Part shown: positions 23,050 to 35,900 of the stretch, in pieces
Numbering within the stretch: the stretch's first letter is position 1
Layout: the number at the start of each line of letters is the position of its first letter
Origin: Takakia lepidozioides
Lineage: Eukaryota > Plantae > Bryophyta
Length of the DNA: 64,000 nucleotides
Assembly (NCBI GenBank): GCA_030704615.1
Contig: CM060732.1
Coordinates: forward strand, 19,964,001 to 20,028,000
Reading direction: 5' to 3'
Made by a program: the position numbers and the translations under genes
The notes under the pieces: model-generated
Told to the model about the DNA's origin: nothing
What the model saw: only the letters and a program-made list of their open reading frames with translations
Databases searched by the model: none

Positions 23050-23580
23050 AGGAAACCACGCGCGATCGCTCGTGGCTTATCTCAAACTTCGTTGACCAAC
23101 TTTTAGGCCCACTGGAGCTTGCAGAACATTGACAGTGTTACATAAAGAATGTTATTAATGAAAAAGCCAATGGTTTAATTCATCAATAATACAGAGTTGC
23201 TTCCCAAACGGCTCACACTCAAGGCATATGTGCGAGACCGACGTTGGTTACCATTGATGGCGGAACTCTGCGCACTCGAGGAAATGGATACAGTCGGAGA
23301 TTGATCGAACATATCAGGGAACCACGCGCGATCGCGCGTGGTTCATCTCAAACTTCGTAGACCACCATTGAGGCCATAGGAGCTTGCAGAACATTGACAG
23401 TGTTACATAAAGAATGTGTTTAATGAACAAGCCAATAGTTTAATTCATCAATAATATAGAGTTGCTTCCCAAACGGCTCACACTCAAGGCATATGTGCGA
23501 TATCGCCGTCGGCTACCACTGATGGCGGAACTCTACGCACCTGAGGAAATGGATACAGTCAGAGATTGACTGAATATATG
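23050..23580. repeat. 266-bp tandem duplication starting with the palindrome ACCACGCGCGATCGCGCGTGGT
   Basis: Copies start at ~23055 and 23321 and share long identical stretches such as GGAGCTTGCAGAACATTGACAGTGTTACATAAAGAATG. Confidence 0.9.
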
Positions 23581-24059
23581 ACCAGAAATGTTACTGGTAG
23601 CTGTACTTGATGACCTTGATGACCATAAAGCCTCACGGTCCCTCCGCTCCGCCTTCCGCTGCCATTCTTCTTTTTTCTCCTGTCGAATTTGATTCTGAAC
23701 TTGACACTGGAATATTACTGTACAGAAGCAGCACAACAGGGGATTGTTAAAGAAAATCCAAAGAACATCATTGATTTCATAAAAATAATGTGAAGTCAAC
23801 ATACGTCAAAATACAAATGGAGGTTCAAGTAACAATGATAGACTACGCACAAAATACGGTAATGTTAAAGTACATACCAAGATAATCGGGTTCTTTTTGT
23901 GGTGGGTGCCAAATAGAAGGATCAATAAATCTTCCAAACCAAGACCAGTAGACGTGATTTTGATCTATCGGTGGGCGGGAAGATTTGTAGGAATTTTTGC
24001 TGACATAATCAACAACGGATGGGGCTCCAATTCTGCCCAAGAAAAAAGGTCACAATGCT

Positions 24060-24661
24060 TTAGTGAGGTCAACCAAATCCTCCTCATTGCTTGATTTCTT
24101 GAATGTGATTGGGAAAACTCCAGTATTCACTGGGTTTCGGTGTGCCTTGGATGGGTCATCATTGACCAGGAGAATTTGCCCCTACCTAGCAAAATCTTTC
24201 CCAAAATTTTTGACGAGAATATTCTTAATATCTTTAATAAGATATTTCATTTCAGGCTTAATATGTCTAGCTGTATCTGTGCAATGCTCGGCAGACCAAA
24301 TGAAGCGAAATTTTTTCATAATTTCTGGGGAAATGAAACACTCCAACATCTTCAATACAATATCCCTCTCAGAGCAAGACCAAATCCCAACATGAAAATG
24401 AGTCAATGCAAGTCTAAGAAACTCCAGCACTCTAAGTCTTGGAACCACAAACGGTCTTGCGGGCACACGAATTGTAACTTTCCTCAAGTGGAACCTCTGT
24501 TTAAACAACTCACTTCCCGTAGGAGGTAGCCGGTAGCAAAGAAGTCCATTGACACTCAGGACCAGCAACATGCGTTTCTGCTTTCGGACATCACATGTGG
24601 GTTGAGAGACAACGTTCTGAACCATCCAAAAGAGCGCATTAGTTTCTGTTATCTGACCCAA
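24060..24661 (-). pseudogene. FCP1/NIF-like HAD phosphatase-domain pseudogene (copy A)
   Basis: LLVLSVNGLL (motif I, Asp replaced by Ser), EFL...FHVGIWS, FIWSAEHC, LIKDI. After TAG at 24182 the same frame continues GQILLVNDDPSKAHRNPVNTGVFP. Confidence 0.7.
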
Positions 24662-27600
24662 AATAAAATTATTTTCTGCAGATAGTATATCCTCTAACTC
24701 GGAATTGCTAGGATGTACTTGCGTTTTGTGGTCTACCTCGCGTCTATATCCCTGAAATCAATATGAAAAATCAGAAAAATCCTGCAACCACGCGCGATCA
24801 CGCGAGGGTGATTGATTGATGTGTTTCATAACACGCACTCAAATCATCCGAGGTGATGGTGTCACTTGGTCCTTGGCGGATTGTGCAAACACCTTAAATT
24901 CCCAGTCTTTAATTGATTTGAAGTCATTCTCCCTGCTTGCATAATCCAATCCGAAACAAATAACATCATCCTCGTGGTGTATTCTTTTGGGTTCATTAGC
25001 CTTTGTTGTGGAATTTCATTATTGTTTTTAGGAATACAAACGGTTAATATAGCGCGATCACGCGTGTTTCGAAGAGCTGACTTGTTCTGAAGTCCATCAT
25101 TGGACACCAAAATGGCATTACGTCATAAGTAACTTCGAGGAGGCAGAATGTCAGAGTTGGAACGTCAATTTCCAGCGTCATTCTCGTCGTTTTCATGTGG
25201 ACGGGGAAACACCGGAGGAACACTGTCGCAAACAATTTGTGCAAACAATCTCAACAATCGTATGTACTTCAAAGTGTTTAATACTGCCGATATTCATGTA
25301 GCTGATTTCTATATGAATCTTTTTGCTATTCTCATGCCAACAATATCAGGTCCGCTGAGACTGCCATATTTCGAATTCCGTATGAGCCACCACCAACATG
25401 AAACCATCAGCTAAAAACCAAATCTCCAATTCATTCTATCCCAACCCAGAGAAATACCTCAAGCCGTTCGTCAACTATTTGTGGGCTAGGGTGTTTCTCT
25501 GGAGTCAGACGGGGCTGGGATATAATGAATTGAAGATCTGGTTCTCAGCTGACATGCAGCTGATGGTTTTATATTGGTCACTGATGGTGGGTCGTGGTGC
25601 AACATGCTGAAGGCCCGCTGATTGGTTGATGGATCGTAAACTGACACCCTCACCTACCACACGGGAGGAACGACAACGAGAAGGCAACATGACATGGTGC
25701 TTATGTGGAGACTCTCTGCGAAAGTAGGATTTCCAGGGACTATTTCTTGGAAATCCAAAATCTTAGGGAACTTCTTTGTCGCGATCTGCTCCTTCTCGCC
25801 GTGGCCCTCATCTGAGTCATTCATTTTTGCTTCTCAACGATCTGTTCACGTGCCCGACTGCCGCTCATGTGGTAGCATTGGTTTGTTTTTGCTGACATGT
25901 GCCTATTCTCCATAACATACAGGTGCTACAATCCTAGCCAGGGACTTCCATGTCACTCGAGCTCACTGCTGCTCGTGTGGTAAGGCCCAGGGTTGGTCCG
26001 GCCCCCCAACAAAAATATATGACATGGCAAATTTCCTTGGTCAAACAAAAATTTTCCCTCAAAACTTCCTTGGAGTTGAAAAAGTCCCCTGGTAAATTAT
26101 TATTATCTCCCAAACGGAATGGGTAATTCTTCCCAAATTTGCACAGTTTCTGTATGTAGCAGGTAACTGCCACTTAGTAAGGTTCTTACCGTGGATAAAC
26201 TCTTGCTGGTAGATATGGCCTGGGAGGTGACAATAGGTCCCATTTTTGAGGTGGACCCCCAAAAACACTCTCGGCAATTGAGATTTGAGATTAATTAAAC
26301 ATTGAGATTAATTAAATTTATATACATGTAGTATCTATCATAGAGTTTGGTTATATGTATTTATAACATATTAATAATATATATATTCAAAATATAGAGA
26401 AGAGATAAAGTTCTAATATTAATAATTTTGATATTTTTCAATATTTATTACCATTATCATATTTATAATATATATATATATATTACTGGAAGGCAGTAGC
26501 CCTTGTGGTGAAGTGACACCATAAGTTACGCTCTCTTCGGGAGGCGTCTATATATATATACTGTCATAATATATTAGTGGCCGATGGATCGCGTCAGGTT
26601 TTTGCCACGATCCAGCTTTCATATTGGATAATAGTGGATGGAAGTGAATCCTGAAAATAAATTGTACATCGTAAGGATGAGCACATGTCGGAATTTACAG
26701 CCCCCTAAGATAACAAAAGCTTTGCTCTCTAGACTTTTCTGAAGTGCCAGGGGGCTAGGAAATAACCCAATTTTAAGTAAATATGGACTTAAGTTTGTTC
26801 CAGAAACAAGAAATATTTGAATATGTATTTTTAAATCATTTAAATAATATGGATCATTTAAGTATAAATGTACAAATATAAATAATTATTTGTCTATTAA
26901 TATATAATATGAGCAATGAAGAAACATTATGTATAAACTTCAGGAGAAAAAGCAGTTTATATTTGGCTCATAAAGCAACTTCCACTGTTCACCTGACGTT
27001 TAGTAAGAGTTAAATGAGATAAAATGGATGATATATTGAACCACGTCATGTTTTGAGGTTGAACCAAAATATTTTTATAAGGCAAATCAATCAAATATGT
27101 GAAATACCATGACATGAAAAGAAAGAGAATGGGGAGACATTGATGATAAACAATCAGGTTTTATTTCAGAACCATGTCAATTTGAATAAGTCTCGCCATG
27201 TGGCATGGACCAATACAAGTAACCTAAACCATGTCAATGAGAGTATTAACTTCTAAAAGGAGGGCTGAACTCCGATGATAACACAAGACGATGTCGGACG
27301 ACATACTTATGGTGAAAATATTTTGAGGAAAGCCATTTCCCAAAATCACATATTGACAAAGTTGGAGGGACCATTTTAAAATCTCTATTCTTCCCTTGTT
27401 CCGAAGGTTTTCGTCCGGAGAAGATGGAAGAAATCCCTGAAATGTTGTTTCGGGTATCGTGGATATGGTGATGACTTCACCAAAATAATATCCTCCAATC
27501 AACAACGTCTTGTGCTAAGACCGAAGTTTAGCCGCACTTCTCCAAGAATTGGTGGGCCTTGCTGACTTTGAGTGAACCGTGAAGATGATGAATTACTTGT

Positions 27601-29531
27601 ATGCTCTTCAAAACATAATCTCCAACTAACTGACCCTGGTCTAAGATGCTGAAAGTATGCAATTGGAGAGTAAGTCTCCGGCTCATATGCAATTTGCTGG
27701 CGAGTACGTTAATGGAGAGAGTGAAGTTTTCAACGAAATCTTCAATGAAATAGCATCCGGGTGACCAGTCGAGGTTCATCTGTGACGGGCTGTGGTACTT
27801 CTGACGATTTACTCTGAAGCGCTCGTATATTGTTCAAGAAATTAATCTCCAACTAATAATAATCTCCAACTAAATAACCTCCAACTAAGTGATTGGAGCT
27901 GTCATTGGCAAATTTGGAAGGCACGATGCCGATGGAATTTAAACAATGTATCTTCCTCCTGTACAAAAATCTTTGCTTGATTGTCAACAATCATATTTCC
28001 TCTAGCTAAATTTAATAGTAGTCGTTTTGCTATTCCCATGCCAACAATATCATTCAGACTCCCGTATTGTGAGTGCTCGGAGTGAGGTTGTTTTGATATA
28101 TACGCAATCCACACCGAAGATGTTGTCCTTTGAAGCTGTGAGGATTATGTAGGCTAGTAAGTCACTTCAGGCCAGCTACAGAGAGGGAACTTAAGATCTT
28201 TGCATAATCCGTGCCAGACTATATGACACCATCATCCTGTGTGTCTAGGTTTGTCCACAATCTAAATGATATATGTACTCATTACCAAGAAGCCAGAAAC
28301 AATAAGAACATAGGTTCAAGTAAATGAGTTAATTATTACCTTTTCGATTGACCTTACGCTTCTGAGGCGGGTTGTCAGTGGAGGCAGGTGAATGTTGAAG
28401 AGATAACAACAAGCCGGATGCTGTTCTTTCATCGTCGGACACCGCTGCCGCAGACTGCAGTGATCTGTGACGTTTCCTTGAAATAGGACAATCCGGAATT
28501 CTGGGTGGTTGGGGATGTGCAGATAAATTTGTCGGTCTTGTCAGTATGCTGACCTCAGTCGGTGAAAGAGTGAGTACAGTGAGTGAGTGCAGTAATGTTC
28601 TCTCTGACGGTGACAATGGAACGCGGTTCCTTGATTTCTGCACATCCTGAATCGAATTCAAACGGAAAAAAAGGATTACATTGGAATACAACCCCACAGA
28701 AGTTGCTGCTTCATAGGAAGGTTATACGTTGCAGCTTTTCTGGCCTGGAGTAAAGAAAGAAAATTAGAGGATGAGCAGAAACACAATAACACTAAAACGC
28801 AAGGAGGAAATATAATTAAATCACTTGACTTCTTAGCAGCAGGAGTATCTAGCCCTTGTGATTCGATGACTCGTTTGGAATTAGGACATGATGAAGAGGC
28901 AGTTCAACGACCGTAGCATCCAATGGAACATGTCGTTCGGAAGAGACATGTAGAGGCCCCATGCTGGCGTTTGCGGGAAACTGATGGGAAGAGGACGACT
29001 CCAAAGAGGAATCCTCAAGAGCATGTGAGTCTCTTTCCTCAATGCATCCAACCCCAGTGAAATCATCGTCCCTGGTAACGGTGGAGGCACCATTTGACAT
29101 ATTGAGCCTCGAAACAATATCGGAGACACTCAATGGATCCCGCTCGATGAGAACAATTGATGTCTGCGCTCCTTTGAAAGCTTTTGGCCTGATCGTGTCT
29201 AAATCGTCAACAATATCAGACGAACATGTTTCGGCAAGTGGAGTTGCAATTTTGACATGGAGAACATATGGATATGGGGATACTTACAAATAAAATATTA
29301 ATGAACAATGTCATGATATTGATTTGGAACGTCGCGTGACCACGCGAGGTTCCCAAAAAGAAAACGACAGACTTAACAAACATAGAAACTTCTGAATACA
29401 GACCGTTGCTTATCGAGTGGCATGATAACAATTTCCACTAAATGCAGAAGAATGTCAGAATAAGACTGAAATCCAAGGTCTTGACATTCAATATTAAATA
29501 GTAAACTGAGTCCATAGTAGGTCACGAATAT

Positions 29532-30211
29532 TTACTTATCATTTACTTGAAAATCACGATATTGTGAATTGTCAATATAGTCAAGAAGAGGCCTGAATTG
29601 TGGATCCTTAACATTGAAGGGTGGAAAGCCTATACTCCTTGCTGCCAAAAAGCTCAAAACGTTCTCAAATTTCAAGAAGCCAAGCAAAAAATTCCTAAGT
29701 TTGCGAAGGAAGAAACCGTCGACGTCGATGTTCTCAAAAGACTTGAGAAGCATACATGATTCACGAGGGTTCAACAAGCACTTCAAAGCCGTATCATCAA
29801 TCGGCAGAGTGTTACTCTGATTGTAATAACCGTCAGAACTCTGCCAAACTTTTATGAGTGGTTTCAGGAACACGAGAGGTTGTTCTTGTCCCGATTGGTA
29901 ATTTGGGTGTAGATTGCTTCGGCAAATGATACAATCTTCCTGCGACATGATGAACTCTGGCCGTGGAAGACCACGTAGGAGCAAATCCAGAACGACATTT
30001 AAGTTCTTAAGCATCATGCAGCTCCAGATACCTAAAATGAAATGCTTGTGTAACTCTTGCCAAACTTCCCGGTACATCTTCCGTATAAAGATTTGCCGAT
30101 TCCCAACAATAGCAGGAATTTTGTAATCAGATCTGAAAATCGTGGAGCAGCGCCTGTGTTCCGGCGCTTCACAATTTTGCACAACACTCCATTCACGTCA
30201 AAAATTATCAA
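29532..30211 (-). pseudogene. FCP1/NIF-like HAD phosphatase-domain pseudogene (copy B)
   Basis: LIIFDVNGVL (30211-30182, motif I), then a frameshift into FILGIWS, SQEDC, VFLKPL..VW and YNQSNTLPIDDT..KC..NP. Confidence 0.7.
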
Positions 30212-30784
30212 GTGGGGTCCCCTCGCAGGTGGAGATCTAGGCTATCGGATCTGTGAAGGAGTGATAAAGACACTTAAGTAAATGAAAGCACAATAGAGAG
30301 GAGACGAGAAACATCCGATGTACACATAAGGAACTGATTGACCTCCTACTCTCAGTTCATTCTTAAAATTTAGTCACTTTTGTACCCAAGTTCGGAGGCA
30401 CGGGCCTCTAGATACTGTAGATGTTCAGCCCATTCCTCCTTGTTCTTAGGCCATGGAAAGTCCCAGCAGATCCTGATAGAAGATATCATTAGGGATACCA
30501 AACTGCTCATTGAAGGCCCAAGTGTCCATTTTTGAATGCTCCAAATAGCTTTTGATCAGCAGTTTGCAAGCATTGCAGGAAATGCCAAGGCCCCAAGGGG
30601 TTGGTAAGGCGTTGGACAAAAGATAGAGAGAGAGGGCGCACAATCATCAATATTGGGATTTCTAAATCCAGTTAAATGTGTAGGAGCCTTTCAAGTTTCA
30701 TTTAGACCATAACCCATGGATGACTTCTCAAGATACCCAGTGACAATGCCTCCTCTTACTTCAAATTACACTAGGGTAGCTGCG

Positions 30785-31400
30785 CGGTTGGCCCAAGTGT
30801 CCAGTGTATCTACGTCCAAGTGCAATCCCCTATGTAATCCCCTATGTATCCAAGCGCATCTCCTCTGTTAAGGCCCATCCAAGCCAAGTGCATCTCCTAT
30901 GTATCCAAGTGCTTCTCCCATGTAGAAGGCCCAATTGCGACCTCCAATGTCGTTCCAGCACTTAATTTTATAATTTAGTTGAATTTTCAACGACCAGAAT
31001 TGTTCATATTTCTATAATTCTCAGCCCATAGGTCCAAATTTTGTGAAACCAAGAAACCAAGTCAGTCGGTCGTTGGCCCAAGTGTCCAATGTCATCCAAG
31101 TCCAAGTGCAATCTCCTATGTATCCAAGTGCGTATTGATACATCCCATCATTGTGCCACGAAAGCCCACTTTGCTATTTTTCACCAATTTCCAACGACCG
31201 AAAGTACTTGAAATTCGACATCTCCCACACCCCAGGTCCAAAAATAATGAGACCAAGCCGGTGCACCCCTCCTCTCATCGAGGGCTTTCCAATGGTACCA
31301 AGCACCAGGGCTGGGCCCCCGCAGTTTGGGGCATCTCAACACTACAAAACAAAACAAAACAAAACAAACAAACCAACATACTACCTTGCTTCATATATCG
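30785..31400. repeat. Degenerate CCAAGTGCAATCTCCTATGTAT minisatellite with an adjacent dispersed-repeat fragment and an (AAAAC)n tract
   Basis: Repeated CCAAGTGC/CCTATGTA units at 30815-30925 and 31075-31132; AAAAC microsatellite at 31345-31375. Confidence 0.55.
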
Positions 31401-32914
31401 ATGGATCTACAGGATCAGTAAATAATATCTCATCTGCCCATATTCTAGCGGCCTCCAATCTGGTGGCCTAAAGCAATATGTTCAAGGAGATTCAGAAATC
31501 ATAGAGGGTCTACTTCTGCCTTATTCACTCATTAACCATGCAACAACTTCAGTATATCATCCACCATTGCTTATCACCACAATAATAGCCACAAGAAACC
31601 CTGTAGGGGCATTGCTTCTATGAGGACAGGAATTGATAGCTCACACAGCTCCAGCAATATTAGGATGAGTGCGACAAGCTCCAAACCAAGAAGAGAGCAG
31701 TATACTGCTCAGCGACGAGGTTGGCCTCCAAAAGAGAGGGTCACTGTATAAAACTCCCTCCTTGCAACATCACATGGCGTGCAGCTTTGAAGGAGTTGAG
31801 GACCCAACTACTTTTCGCAAATGCTAATTCTACGAAGTAAATTAAATACGCTTATGTCAAGTTTTATCTAACCTTAAAACAAAAAGCGCAAGACTAACAA
31901 GTCCTCACTGCATACAAGTGCAAGTGAACACCTAGGGGCTTCAATACTGACGCCAACTCCAATTGTTGCAATCCGCATCCAATCTGCCACCGTCGTTGTC
32001 TGCCAAAACAAATGGAAACTTGGCAAAAAAAATCTTGAATACAAGGACAAACTTGGAAAAGCATAAAAACTCTCTTGAAGAAGAGTGGTACATGAACAAG
32101 AAAATGCAGGCTGGTAGCATACATGTTTGTTCACAAATGTTGATGGCACATGTACTAACAAGCATTTTCCAGTGTACTCTCAGAGCACTGGAGTCCTCTA
32201 AACCATCATGCCTGCAGTCTTCACTTTGCAAAAGGAAGGGCCCAAATCAACCACATCCCATCTTTTACCTAACTAGCAAAAGTAAAATGCCTCTCACGTC
32301 TTTTTGTAGAGCTGCCTTAGGTGCTCAATGTGGCTTGCTGGAAAAACCTGGGAAGACACAAAATCGCTGATTTGAGTTATTAGCTGCATGCGGTGGAAAT
32401 TAAGCTTGCCTTCAATGTCCCAGGCTCAGCGGCCTGAGGAGTTTGTCCAGCACCAGAGCTGCTCTGCTGCTTCAGTTAGACAATGCCCCCTGAACCCTTC
32501 CCCACACAATGTCCCAATTTAGCCTGTTGCCTCTTGAATAGCTATGGGTCACAAGAACAAAAGCACATGATATACCCTATGCCGCTCAGACATCAAATGT
32601 GCAAAGACAAGAAGAGCTCAAACTCTACCACCGTAACAGATTACATGTGTCAACCTACAATACAAAGTTCAGGCCCAGAAGGCACTGCCCATGAACTGAA
32701 CCATTAACGAGGATCAGAAATGCAGCTTGGCAGCTTATCTCCACGAGGTGTGACTAACTCTTATACTGGACAAGGCTTTCAATTAACTAGTTGCTCATAA
32801 CCATCCCAAGGTGTTAAGTACAAGTTTTACATTATTCACATCCAGTGCAGAGCTTTCCACAACTTCAAGTGGAAATTTGTTAAGATCAAGCATAAGTGAC
32901 GACACTGACCTAGC

Positions 32915-35900
32915 CTAGCCTCCAACTTGACTGGGCACCGCCCCTCCAGTCGCGTCAATCACCTGGCGTTGCTTGGGTATATGGGGTTCTCGTCGGGGCT
33001 CCATCTCGACATTACGTGCACTAGAGCGGCCACCAAAGTGACCACGGCGTGCATGGCCATGATCCCTGCTCCTCAGTGCAGGTGGACTTGTCCCTGGCTC
33101 TCCGACCCGAGGCCCACTCTCTTTTGGACCCGGTGTAGACAGGGCAGCTGGTCGTTGGAGTGGATGAGTTGTCTTGTTCTGTTGTTGCCCTTGGATTGGC
33201 TTTGGTACTTCATGCGCCTGCTGCTTGGGAATATCGGGCCTCACATGCTGAGGTGGGACTGGCTGTTCCTCTTCTGTAGGTTGTGGCCAGGTTGTAGCAG
33301 AGCGAGAACCCTCTGTTCTGCCTGCTTGCTGCCAGTGTGTCTGTCCTCGCTGATGGGGCTGCTGCTGTGCCATAGAAGGCCTAGTTGTCTGCTCTCGATC
33401 ATATCGTCGGTGACTTTTATGATCTCCACCATCATTTGACTGTTGAGATGCAGACCTAGTTTGCTGCTGCTCTCTCTCATCCAAGGCTGGTTGCACCCAA
33501 GGCTTACTAGCTGTGCCAGGGAGGGACTTGGGTTGCAGATGCGGCCCTGCAAACACCTGCTGATTAGGCACCTCATACTCTCTGTCATAAGTTTGTTGCT
33601 TAGCATGATTAGCACTGCTGGACCTTGGATGATGCTGGGGCCGTGCTTTGTCGGATGAAAGTGGTCTATCCAATGGGGTCCCACCAGAGCGAGGATGAGG
33701 TGGCACCACACCCTGCTCACGGGTGTGGTGCCCCTTGCTCTCTGCACTTGGAGGCCCATGTCCACAATGACCAGAGGCAGGCACTGCCCTGGGTGGCTGG
33801 TAGGGCGTTTGTGATGTGTGCTGCTCCCGCTCTGATCGCTGCACTGGAGAAGGGGCAAGCTGGGATGGTGCGACAGGGTGATCAGAAGGTGACTGGTTGA
33901 GACTGAGAGGAGGCTGTAGACTCCCAGACTTTTGCTCTGAGTGCTGTCGCTGATGGCCAGCTTCAACCTGGGACTGTGGACGAGGATGCTGGGCAGGGTG
34001 GCCATCTTTCACTCCATTTCTTCCTCGCTCACTGTTACCTGATGCTCTTTGACGCCATGAACCATGCACACGCCCCACCTTACTGCCAGGATCCACTGGT
34101 TTTGTTTCATTATTTGATTTCAGCTGTGTTGGGGCAAAAGACGGTTGAGAGTTTCCTGAAACAACACCGAGCGGGGCGTGCATTGAAGTCTCCATGGGTA
34201 GTGGCCTATCAGGTACGACCCCTGGTTGTTGCTGCGATGTCTCCTGATGCTGTTTAATGACTGGCTTTGGAGTATAACGCTCCAATTCTGCCCGTCTCAA
34301 GCGCCCTCGTTGCTGTGCGCTGACATCTTCTTTCTGCTCACCTGTCTGACCCTCAGAATCTCCCAACTTGATGCTTCCTGCAACCATGGGGGAACGAACT
34401 GGAGCCCACACCTTGCTGTCACTGGCATGTGGCTTATCCGTGATGCGCACGTCCTGTGATCCCCGATCTGACCTGACCGGGCGTCTTGCTCCCTGTGGCT
34501 TGCGGGGCAGCCTTTTGCCAACAACATCTCCATTTGTTTTGATCGAATCCCCCTCTCCTGTCAGCACATCTCCTGCTGGCAGACCAGCATTTGCATCTTG
34601 CGAAGGAAATGGGTCTTTGCCTACCTCATTTGGACTTGCACCGACATGTAAACGAGTCTGGGTTGTGTCAGCGGGCAGGTCACTTCCTGATGACCCATCT
34701 GCACTGGGCCCTGCACTTGACTCCACTATCAGTACTGCATCTACACCAATTGCTGGGCCTTCTTGTCTCAGCCTATTCCTGCTATTGCGATTACTTTTCT
34801 TCTTGCGATTTGCTGATGCACCTTCCATGCTCCCTGTGGTGGGAAGAATCATATTTTCCAAATCAGTGTCCTGAGATACAGGAGGCAGAATTCCGCAACC
34901 GCCATTCTCTCCAGGTGTGGAAATTTCTACTGCTGAGGCAGACACAGTTCGATCAACATCATCGGGTCTCAGAGTTGGCTGCTTCTGCTGTGCTCTAGAC
35001 TTATGCCAAGATTGCTGCTGAGCTTTAGGCGGCTGCCCTGGCGGCTCTTGTGTTGAGATAGGTGAGGGCAAGAGAGGTGCTGCCGGCACATTTGGTGAAG
35101 GAAGAAGCGGAGGAGTCTGACTGGGAGCACCATTCATGTTTCCTTTTGTGGCCTCCCCAGTGCTCAGTTTGCGGCCACTAGGCTTCCGATCCCGCTTATG
35201 TTCATTTCGAATGCTGCGCCGACTGCCACTGCTGGAGCCGATCTCTACAACAGGCTCTGCCTCCAGGGGCACAGCCACAGCTTCGGGGGCAACTTCCTCC
35301 AAATCATTCAACGGCTGTGATATCTCTACAGCCAATTCTTCAGTGGGTACTGACTGCGGGATTGTTGTGCGTCGATTCAGCTCCTCCAGCTTTGCTCGAG
35401 CCTTTGCTTTTTGCTCTTTGATTCTCTCCTCCTCCTCCTTTTGCAATTGCCTTGCTCGCTGTGCCGCCATCTCCTTCATTCTTGCCCGCTGAAAAATACC
35501 TTTTTGTGTTAGAAAATGCAAGCACGCATAAAGCCGTCTCCTTCCCCACGAGGAATACAAGTACAATCACAAGCCTTCTCATCCAACAAGATATGGTCAT
35601 CATGATGACAGCAAGTTGAGTATGTCCAAATATGAAGGGTAGTACCACTTACCAGTAGGTATGCCAAGTACAAATAGTTGCAACAGAAATACAGCTGAGG
35701 TGAATACGTTAATCAGACGGCTCCAGACTAAGTACCTGAGCTTCATAATCATAGGAATTGGGTGGAGGGGCAATCTCTGGTTCAGATTCAGCTGTCTCTG
35801 AAGGACCTGAGACTGCTGGAGCAGCTGGTACGGGTACAGCAGTTGATTTAAGCACTTGTGCTGTTGCAGAAGATGAGGAGGGTCGAGAACTTGTGTCCAT

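Noticed and set aside
27224-28114. Ulp1/C48 protease remnant (SLND..., Q...D.GG-like fragments)
   Set aside because: The motifs need several assumed frameshifts and no catalytic triad can be read reliably.
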